Notes under the pieces: model-generated
The model's input: the letters and a program-made list of their open reading frames with translations, nothing else
Databases searched by the model: none
Told to the model about the DNA's origin: nothing
Part shown: positions 37,262-47,792 of the stretch, one piece after another
Position numbering within the stretch: position 1 is the stretch's first letter
How the letters are laid out: the number at the start of each line of letters is the position of its first letter
Assembly: GCF_006345805.1 (NCBI RefSeq)
Contig: NC_043011.1
Location: forward strand, 57,114,464-57,178,463
DNA: 64,000 nucleotides
Reading direction: 5' to 3'
From: Octopus sinensis
Taxonomy: Eukaryota
Program-made: the position numbers and the translations under genes

Positions 37262-40200
37262 TACATTGATGTTCCAGGTTTGTCAACAGAAGAGAGAAAT
37301 GGTGATGATTTCCACATTACAACTAGTATTGACCAGACTATCAGATGTTGTTACACACAACTGGTCACAATGCACTTCCTTAATAAGTACTGGTCTTGAA
37401 AAACATGTACCGGGGTTGATCCATTTGAACAAAACCCTTCAAGACAGAGCTCCATGATGGGATGCAGTCCAAAGACTGAAACAAGCAAAAGATACAAGAG
37501 ATTAACAGGAAACTTTGGAAACACAAGAAGGACCAAACTTGAAGAATTCCATCTGCATTAATCAACTCTAGAGATCTGAAACATTTTCAAAACTAAAATC
37601 ATACTCAACTGGAATAGGTGGTAGTAAGTTCTGGGTAGTTTATTCTGAATGAGAGAACTATGTCTCTAGTGTTTACAAAATGATTCACCACTCCCTGTCT
37701 GGTCCTCATAATACAAGTTACTTGGTTACCTCACTGGTGCTGGTGCCATGTAAAAGCACCCAGTACACATTGTAAAGTGGTTGGCTTTAGGAAGGGCATC
37801 TAGCTGTAGAAACCATGTCAAAGCAACAGAGCCAGGAGCAGTTCTCTGCATTGCCAGTTCCTGTAAACTGCACAACCAAAGCTAGCATGAAAAACAGACA
37901 TCAACTGATGATGATACACTCATTCACTCACACACACAGGTGCAGGTATGGTTGTGTGGAAAGAAGTTTGTTCCCCAACCACATAGTTCTGGGTTCAGTC
38001 CCAGTGTGTGGCACATCTACTATAACCACAGCCCTGGGCAAGCCAAAACCTTGAGATTGGATCTGGAAGGTGAGAACTTTGTGTGTATGTGTGTGTCCGT
38101 CCTTGTCCTGACATCACATGATAGTTGTAAATGATTATCACCGTCATACAAGCAGTGTTGTTCATTTTCAATATTCTCTCTAGTCATGGAGGGGAAATAT
38201 TACCTTGCTTGGAAACAGGTGAGGAATGGCAACAGGAAAAGCATCTGGCCATAAAAAAAAATCTGCTTCAATATACTTCTTCCGACCCATTCAAGCATGG
38301 AAGAGTGGACGTTAAAATGACGATGATGAAGGGTGGAAATGTGTGCGTGTGTGTTCATGGCTACAACTTGGTGCCCTTTGACCGTTTCCTCAGAACTTAA
38401 TGAAAAACGCATACTTTTAATGAGATTTGTGTGGGGTTAAGATTTCGAGGATACACACTATAATTATGTGGATTAAATTTAAGAAGAAAAAAATTATATG
38501 TGAAGTTTCAGGTAATTTTCCGCGTATTTTTCTCCTTTTTCGTTTTAGTTATGCTTGAAACATCAACATTAAATAATCTACACGTCCGAAAACATATTTC
38601 AGCAAAATGTTATTTAAAGGCATGCGTTTTAAGGAGAGTTATGAGGAAACAAAATCCGCAAGCAGGAAAAAATGGTTCGCGTAGTCGTCCTCACGAAAAA
38701 AGATAAATAATAATAAATAATAATGATGATGATTTCAAATTTTAGCACAAGAGGAGGAGGTAAGTCGATTACATTGACGCCAATGCGTAACTGGTACTTA
38801 TTTTATCGACCCCGAAAGGATGAAAGGCAAAGTCGACCTCGGCGGAAGTTGAACTTACAATGTAAAGACGGACGAAATGTTGCTAAGCATTTTGCCCGGC
38901 ATGCTAACGATTCTGCCAGCTCACTGCCTTAATAATAAGAAATTTTGTCAACCTATACCATCGATAACATATCTCTGCCAAATTTCATTAAAAAATATGC
39001 ATTTTTCAAAGAAGCGGGGCACTAAACTGCATTTGTGTCTTCAGAAGTATTGTTTGTGGTTATTATTTCACGAAACCCTCCCCCGCACGTGTGGCCTTGT
39101 GCCAGTGTTGGGAAATCGATAATATGACAAGAATTCATATTGGTTCAATATGTATCGAATAAAACTTATTGCTATCTTTCTCTCTTTCAATCAACCGAGC
39201 CAAGAGGATGAAAGGTGGTTGGAATGCGCCCCTTCCACCTGCTGGAAACGGCACAGAAAAACATTCTCCCTTATAAAACACTTCCTTTTATCTTAAAACG
39301 GGGAGGGGGGAAAAAGAAAAGAAAAGAAAGAAAGAAAGCAAACACATTTCATAATGTAGTCCTGGTTAGGGTGCTCAGAAATTAGAGAGAATGACCATTG
39401 TTGGAATTATTTCGAATAGAACTAACCTGGGGGCTGAAACGATTACAGCAACTCAAATTTTCCAACCGAGTTCAGCGGGGTTTGTGTGTTTGCGTGTATA
39501 TATATATATATACACTGTTCACTTTCCAGACATTTGTACATTACTGCATTTGCTTTATACACACTTTTGACAAGTTGTGGTGCACTTGAGCACTGTATAC
39601 AATAATTTCATTATTATTATTATATACACACACACATAAATAAGCACATAGGTGTAAAACAAGGAGAGAAAGAAAGTACTTGAATGCCAAAAGTTGAATA
39701 ATATAGTATATTATTAAGTTTGAAACTGTTTAGCTTCAATGGCATGTATATATATCTTGCGCCCCCACACGTGCCTGTTTTCCCGACAGCATAAATACAA
39801 ACACAACTGAACTCTTTATCATAAGGTTATGTGTGAGTCATTATAATATGCTTTTAGGACTTAATCTGCCTTTCTTTACTTCCTCTACACACAGCAATTT
39901 CAAAGAGCAAAAAAATAACAAAGGAAAAAAAACAAAAAAAAAAGGCTAAGAATGAAACAAAAAGAAAAGTTTCAACCAGAATTCTCCTTTTAAAGCTTAA
40001 TTATTTTTACTTCCAAGATTTTTTTTCTCGTTATTCTTTAGAGAAAAATATGGCGAAATTATAAACAAAAATTGAAAGTATAATGCCAAAAACAACAGAT
40101 TCTAAAATTTCTTGGTCAATAATAGAAATTAATTAAATATCTGTCTATCTATTTATGCATGTATCGTCTATCTATAGCTTCTTCAAGTTCCATTTAATAT

Positions 40201-42651
40201 GTACAGGATGTTGAACTGTGTGTGAGCACATTGCAGTCTTGTCGAAACTATTGGCAAGTCTGAAACACTCTGAGTTCCTGAACGGAATACTGAATCAAAA
40301 GATTTAAATAAATAAAGAGATGAATAAAGAGAAGAAAAAAAAATATTGATACCCCCAAAATTAATGCCAACAATTTTTTTTTATAGCACTGGGGGTGATT
40401 GATAACGAAGAAAATAAAAGGCGTTTCTTATATAATATCGAGTTTAAATGGTGTTTCTTTTTTAAAAACTGATATCGTGCATATTGGTGAAAAAAAATCT
40501 GGTAGGAAGACGTGTGGATATAATAAAAGCTAATATAAAGGAATAAACATTTTAAAAATGCCAAACCAAAAATCTGTTAGTGGTAAATAAGCTAGGACAC
40601 TCATCACAGACATCATCATCTCTTCAGCAGCAACATTATGTTTCTACATAGATACCAAATCAATTATTATTATTATTTTTTTTTTGGCCATGCTAGTTCC
40701 CCCCATTTATCCAAGAAGAATGCTGGCATCAGAGGAGAGTAAATGGCCCAGTGGTTCTGGCATGTGTAAGGGAGAGAGAGTGGGAATTAGAGTAAAAAAA
40801 AAAATTGGCAAGAAAAATGTGGCGATCTCTGACAAGGAGGAGGAATGAGGGGAAATAAAGATCTTGTTGCTTTCAAAATATGGCAGTGGGATGGGATAGA
40901 AGAATAAACGCAACGACGATGGCCAAAAAGCTGGCTGTCCGACCACTCCAGCACCGATTTAGGGCAAACATGCTGAAAATAATAATATTTAGAGTTTATC
41001 ATGTAGGATTTTATATCAGAAAAAAAAATAGGAGGAGGTGGATTTGATAAGAAAAAAAAAAATTGGTGGATGATTCGATAACTATGGAAATAGTAATTTC
41101 TCCCAAATGGAAAAATAGTCCTAAAGAAGGAAACGGAAAAAAGAAACAGAATTAATTCAATGTATGGCACAAGAAGAAGAATAAGTTAGTAAATTTCAAT
41201 GAAAGCGAGTCGAGTAGTTTTAGTTCTATAAGGAATAACTGTAGTTTTATATAAAGAGATTTTTACTCGACTTGGTCAACAAAAACTGCCCACAAAAGAC
41301 TTTTTCAATAGGAAAAAAAAAAAAAATTGTAGAATCGAAGCTTTGTTATTTTTTTTTTATTTCCTTTATTTCATTGTTTCATGAATGTCAGAATAGAGAA
41401 GAATTCTTTCTCTCTCTCTCTCTTGCAGACTTGTGTGGACATAAAGGCGGAGAAAGAGAGAGAGAGAGAGAGACAGGCCTTCTAGAAGGTGGTGCTCAAT
41501 TAGAAAGAAAAAAAGAGAGCTAATGATGAATTATAATGAAAAAAAATGTTTTAAATTGTTCCGAAAATACTGAAGAAAAATGTTAAAGTGAAAACAGCGA
41601 GTGAGACCCGGAGACATCGGATGCATGGAAAGAGAAATTGGTAAAATCTCAAATGCTAAGCAGACACTAAGTTGATCTCTGTATGATTAAGCACCAAGGT
41701 TGGGGGGTTTAATATTATTCCATTTAATCCCATTCTTTTGCAATTTTAGTTATTTTATTTTTTTTTTAATATTCTCTGACGTGGATATTTTCTTTTGTTC
41801 TGGAAAATCCTACCTTCCAAGTATATAAATAAATAAATGAAAAAATGCGGGGAAAATAAAACAAATAAATGGCAGCAAAGTAGGAAGTGATGATGGTCGT
41901 TTCTTGTATTTTCCAAGTGTGGAGAGGATTTTTTCATATACGAGCAAACCAGCTGCTGCCAGCTTAGGTTTAGTTCTTGACTAAATCTGTGTATATTCGT
42001 AGTTGTGGAGATATTTCATGGTCTTATAAGATACGATAGGATACGAAGATATGAATGTAGAAGCAAAGATACATGAGAGAGAACAGAGAAGAGGCGAGCA
42101 ACTTGCTGTCGTCCTCCGTTCAGTCATTGTTACGAAAACGGTGAAACCATTAAACGAATCGGGAATATATATATATATGCAGTGGGGGGTTTTGTTTTCT
42201 CTCTCCCCCAGCTTTTATTATTTAGTTAGTCAATTTAAAAGATAAAATTTCATGAATTCGAAGCAGTAGTGGTTAATTAAAGACTAGAAAAAGCACTCGG
42301 AGGAGATCAGAAATAAGAGCAGATGGAAGGGAAAAACGGGAATACGGTGCGATGAAAAACAGCCAGAGAAAATCTACACGAAATGAATTAAATGTGGATG
42401 TGTGTATATATGGAAATGTGTTTAGGATGAAGAGAAATATATAAGAGGGTTGGGGGAATTTGGTGATATTTGTGTTCCCTGGTGAGGGTGTTTGGGAATG
42501 AGAGGAAGAAAATGAGGTATTTTTTGTGGCTGTGGAGTCTCGATTATGGTGAGGAGCGCTGCTACAATCAACAACTCAGCTGAGAAGAGAGAGAAAGGAT
42601 CATAAACAAACAGGAAATATATATATGTAAATCTTAATGTTTTTCGCCTAC

Positions 42652-42718
42652 CCGTGACATCGGAAGATTCTCCAGAGGGTGGCCCGTTGTCTCTGTGTGC
42701 TCCAATACACCCTCCCAT
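42652..42718 (-). CDS. UBTD1/2: Ubiquitin domain-containing protein (UBTD1/UBTD2 orthologue), coding exon 1
   Basis: ATG at 42718 (context GAAATGG) reads MGGCIGAHRDNGPPSGESSDVT+G, then a GTAGGC donor at 42651. This matches the recalled human UBTD2 N-terminus [23 protein letters not shown], with the same phase-1 exon end and an MGxC lipidation-type start. It lies head-to-head with MMS19, as UBTD1 does in human. Confidence 0.88.
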
Positions 42719-43065
42719 TTCATCTAGGGAAAGGTGGAGGACAGTTGAGCCAAAATAATCCGCTTGTAGAGGGAACCCCCTTCGAAGTGCAGCCGATCAC
42801 AACCACCGCGGCTTGGCCTGCTTCTCGTTCGATGACGTCACAATGCCGCCGTCTGTTTCGCAGTCGCAGCTCTGGACGCGCTTTGATACGTCAAAATTCA
42901 TGGATCTCCTTCAAATACTCACCATGCCTGCTTTTATTATCTCACTGCTCTAGCATCGTACAGCCATCCTACATTTATTACTATTCAAACCCAGCCATTG
43001 TAAATATTTATTATAGCCACGTTATATATGCATATATAGAAACGCAACTTGCAATATTGTTCATG

Positions 43066-43102
<37 letters not shown>

Positions 43103-43401
43103 CTCTCTCTCTCTCTCTCACTTTTTTTTTCTCTTATATAAATTCCAGAACATAAATTTTAATTTAAAACAAAAAAACCGGATATTTTGATATATAAAAT
43201 ATCTGAAATTTTTTTTTAGAAAAAAAAAAAAGTCAGCGATTTTAATGTGTTTATTTTAGTATAAATGTAGCTAAAAAAGCGTGTGTGTGTGTGTATATGT
43301 GTGTGTTGCTTGGTTCAGTGTGTTGATGTTGCTGCATGTATGTGTATGTGTCATAGATCCCTGTTATTGATGACGTCAGAATTATTGTGTTCTTGACAGA
43401 A
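42719..43401. promoter_or_regulatory. Bidirectional promoter / 5'UTR region shared by UBTD and MMS19
   Basis: 683 bp between divergent ATGs and locally CpG-retaining. Contains two perfect TGACGTCA palindromes (42833-42840, 43371-43378), a T9-AG-A12 tract (43209-43231), and (CT)n/(CTAT)n and (GT)n tracts. Confidence 0.75.
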
Positions 43402-43486
43402 ATGGCCGCTTCCAGCACGTGGAGTAACATTGTGGAGAACTATTTGGCCGGAGTCAATGATTCTGCTGCCTCACAAATTGCAATTG
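43402..43486 (+). CDS. MMS19: MMS19 cytosolic Fe-S assembly component, coding exon 1
   Basis: MAASSTWSNIVENYLAGVNDSAASQIAI+G, then GTTTGT. It aligns to the recalled human ...ALWGLVHDFVVGQQEGPADQVAAD, ends in phase 1 at the equivalent residue, and joins in frame to the exon at 63753. Confidence 0.88.
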
Positions 43487-44844
43487 GTTTGTTGTCAACA
43501 CTTTACTACATCATTCTCAGATATATCTAGCTGAAAAGCCCATGTCCTGTCGCTGTAAACCCATGTATTAATTGTCATTAATTGCGATGGTCGATGACTT
43601 TGTGTCATCGGACAAACAATGTTTGTATCGTTTCCAGCCACAAGTGTCCTTCCTGTTGCATTAATTCCTCTTGTCCATATATATTCTTCGTGATCTATGT
43701 TTTAAACTTCAAATGTGTCTGAATATATGTATGGATGTCTTGCTACCATCACGAATAAGCAAATCTGTTACATGTTTACGCATATATACCCACATATATA
43801 TATATATCTGTGTGTGCATGCTAGAGATATGTCAATATGTTGGTTATGTTTTCTTTTAATTCTTAGAATGTCTGTTTTCCTTCAACCTGGGATTTTTTTT
43901 TATTACGTACAATTAAAAGTTACTGTATTAGCTCCAGTTATTTGCCAAAATATTCAAAGAATGGCAACAGCTCTCTAAACGTTTGTCTGTTGAGACATGA
44001 ACCCGTTCACCCAGTGGAGATAATTGTTATTGAAGTCTCAAAACTAATTTAAAATACCTGTACAATTGGACACTTCTTAGCAATGATCTAATGTTCTTTT
44101 TTATTGTTTGTAGTCAAAAATCCAGTCCTGTTTCTAAAGATATGGCTCTCTGTTCCGTCTGTCATTGTAAAGTTTATTTGCTCTAAAACCCAATTTTATT
44201 GAAAAGTAATTAAACTCAGACAGAAGCTGACATTACTTTAGTTTTTATCTTTTTGGCAGACTTTATCATCATAATCACAATTATTATTTTTATTAAATGT
44301 CTATATTTTTGCTCTCCTTAATTAGATTTTATTGACAAAACAATTCTAAAAATATTGTGCAGCATTGTTATTTAAAAAAAAATTTAATTATATATTTGTT
44401 CATATTGGATATTAGCCAGCATAGGAGTTATTTATAACTTACAAAAATTCAATTGTCAAACATTATTAAACCGTATTCTTTGTATAATCACATATTAATA
44501 TATTATCTGTTAATGAAACCATAACCTTTCCTTGTTGTTAATGACCTCCCAGTCCGTATATTTCATTCCTCCAGACCTTCCTCTATGCTGTCAATCAATA
44601 TCAGCGGATTATTGATTAGCAAAAACCTGACTGACTCTGTTTATGTTTATAGAACACATAAATATATATTTATTTAGCAATACGTTTTACAGTAATCGTT
44701 AAGCCACAGCTATGAAATTCGTTCTCAGAATAATTTAAAATATATAAACAAAGTCATACTCCTCTCCTGTCCAACAGTCTTCCACTGTTGGAAAGTGGAC
44801 GCCAAAATAGAAACCATTTGAATTTTCAACATTCGATATTTTGG

Positions 44845-44891
<47 letters not shown>

Positions 44892-44905
44892 ATATATATA
44901 TATCA
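44845..44905. repeat. (TA)n microsatellite (representative; similar tracts at 4905-4965, 15482-15513, 24540-24590, 32200-32255, 54345-54372 and 54565-54601)
   Basis: Directly visible. Confidence 0.95.
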
Positions 44906-47760
44906 TATCATTCATATATAGATATCATGTATGTATATATCATTCATATATAAATTCTCTTAACTTTTAGTACCAAAATGTTTCAAAAACTTTGAGAAAT
45001 GTTCCACCTTTCAAATGCAATATTTAGTTTTTAAGTGTTTATATTTACTTTAACTTAATTGAAGAAACACATTTACTTTACTTCATACGTCCCTCAATTC
45101 TTTGACAACTTTCAACAAACCTAAATTATGTTTTCGCTATGACAGAAAAGCAAAAATATGAATGCCTATATCATTTCCCAAAATTGTTCGTTGTAAACTT
45201 TTTGTCGTGCGCGCGCGTGTATGTATATATGTATATATGCTTTCTTATTTGGGGCTAATAATACTTGGGTGGTACTTTTATTTTATCGATTGCGGGGTGG
45301 GATGAAAGGCAAAGTTGATATCGGGACGTTAAGAGCAGAAACAAAATACCGCGTGTCATCATCCTTCCCTCAACGAATGCTCCGACGATTCTGCGAATCC
45401 ACCCCATATATGTACGTGTGTGTATGTGGTGAGTGTAAATAAATCTAAACTATTGCCTCCCGGGTGTTCTACAGCAGGAAATTACTTTCTTAGCTTCTAA
45501 ATCTGCGATCAGTCTTCCTCCAATTTTCTTATTCTTGTTTTCTTTTTATCTGCAGTTGCTTCATAACTTTTTTTATTCTTTGGAATTTTCTGTATGAATC
45601 CCAGAAATCTTCTGAAAATTCAAAAAATAAAGTTATGGCGTACTCAAAGCAGAATTTCGCCCGTTTATTCTAACGAACAGATAGATTCATATTTCATTTA
45701 ATTATTTCAGTAAATTTATATTTGTTTAATGTAGACTGTGGTGTCTAAAGCGTCTTCTCCTGGTTCGGAAAAATCAATGATCTGGAAAGGTTTTGGAAAA
45801 TCGATGTTGTACGTGTAATTATATAGACACATCCGAACATTTTGGTAGGCTTGTCGAATAATATATATTACTTGGGAAGAAAATGACGTGTGTGTATTAA
45901 CATGAAGAGTGTGTTTGTACTAACTTAATGAACGAGGTACTGTCGCATTATACTTAAGTTCCACCCCTAATTCCGAAGACCACAATTGGGTCCCAACAGT
46001 ATGAGAAGGTACTCGTACACATCTCCCTTCTAAGCAAGTTATGTAGATAATTATTATGTATGTAACTAAACGGATAAATCTACTTTAAAACAAATTAAAG
46101 CAACATGTCTGTTTTTGGTACTATTGCTACCCTCCCTCCCTCCTGCACTCTAACAATATCTAACCAGGAAACGATCTCAGAATCGGTTTTTCTCCCCATC
46201 TGGCGACAATCATTAAACTTCTATTATGTTTATTTTAATTTTACTTTGAAATGTGTCGGTCGATGACGGCTCAGCTAGAGTTTGTTGTTATTAATAAACT
46301 TAACAGACAGAAACTAGAAAGCTAGGATAAAAACATGAATTCCATGAAAAGGAAAGTTAAGGAATTAAGTATCCTCCCAAGAATATTATTCCGTCAAGTA
46401 GAAGGAAGGAATCGTTAAAAAAAGAAAGGAAAAAAGCCTCTTTCAAAGACAAAACTATCAGTCATCATTTAACGTCCGTTTTCCACGCTGGCATGGGTTG
46501 GACTGTTTGACTAGAATTGTTTTTTAAAGATAAAAATGTAATCAAAAACAAAGTAATTTTATACATTTGACTGGGGTAGCTATGTCTTTCCTCTGTTTCA
46601 AGATGCAACAGCTCCCGTCTAACTTTCCAACCCATGCCAGCATGGAAAGTAGACGTTAAATGATGAAGATGACATTATTAGTGTAGTTGTCATCATTTGA
46701 ACTATTAACATCTGAAAGTGAAAGAGTGTTTATACTTGTTTTATGTTTGCCCCTTGGTCTGTTCTTCATTCTCCCACATTGTCTTTTTCTCTCACTTTCT
46801 TGTTCTTTGTCTGACACCCAGCCTTACTTACTCTTTGAGGTGAAAGATGAGTAGATAAGGAAAGGAAAATGTGTGGTAGCCTACCTATTAGTAATAAAAA
46901 GAAGGAAAGTGACAAATATGTAAAAACAAACAAAACAACCTAAATATAAATAAGTTTCTTCTGTCTTTACATATACATGTATATATAAAGTAATGTAAAC
47001 AGCTTGGTGCAGTATAAGATCATAGAGAAAAAAATTTATTGTCACTAATTGTGAGTGAAGGGTGCTTCAGCACTGTGTGTGCTTGTGTTGGTGATATAAT
47101 ATTGACAGATGTTTGTAGGTCAATATGTGTATGTAGAGGGTATCTGTTGACATTTAGTCTTGCATTTGGGTTTGTGGGTGGAGTCTAGTTTGTTGCTTCA
47201 CACAAGCTTGTGTTTATGTGTGTGTTTGTTTATGCTGTGAAATCTCTTCGCCACCCAAACTCTTTTTTTCCTCTTGCTTTCCCATTTCATTGATTTTCTC
47301 CATCACCCTCCACCTCCCCCCCACCATTAGTTGAATAATATAATGCACACATTATCTCTGTCAACTTTCTACAGGAACACACACACACACACACACAAAC
47401 TTGTAAGTATCCTTAGAGAGACTCCCATCCTGTTGGTTACGACTGAAATGCCTTTGACCAATAAGTCCAATCAACTGATATTGCTTAGTGTGATTTGGAG
47501 CTGGCAACATGTATTAATTAAATATTGAATATTGTTATTATTATTAGGGTGGTGAGCTGGCAGAATCGTTAGCACACTGGATGAAATGCTTAGCGGTATT
47601 TCATCTGTTGCAGCGTTGTGAGTTCAAATTCCACCGAGGTCAACTTTGTCTTGCATCCTTTCAGGGTCGATAAATTAAGTACCAGTAAAACACTGGGGTT
47701 GATGCAATTGATTATCCCCCGCTCCTCCAAATTTCAGGCCTTGTGCCTATAGTAGAGAGA

Positions 47761-47792
<32 letters not shown>

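Larger units (their letters stand above)
1..42651 (-). other. UBTD1/2: UBTD1/2 intron 1 (runs off the window start, >42.6 kb)
   Basis: Donor at 42651. A by-eye search for exon-2 motifs (RNQPL, KPKW, RDEFWDTAP, EIWDAL) on the minus strand found nothing. Confidence 0.7.

Noticed and set aside
40707-41170. Minus-strand ORFs near an acceptor at ~40977 (including a signal-peptide-like MFALNRCWSG..)
   Set aside because: They stop early, have no donor and no homology; more likely regulatory or intronic sequence.
42923-42925. ATG|gtgagt as a Met-only first coding exon of UBTD
   Set aside because: Phase 0 does not fit the phase-1 UBTD intron and the real start is at 42718; kept only as a 5'UTR splice candidate.
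42679-43155. 158-aa plus-strand ORF over the promoter
   Set aside because: It lacks a true ATG start, runs into (CT)n, has no recognisable homology, and is antisense to the UBTD 5' region.
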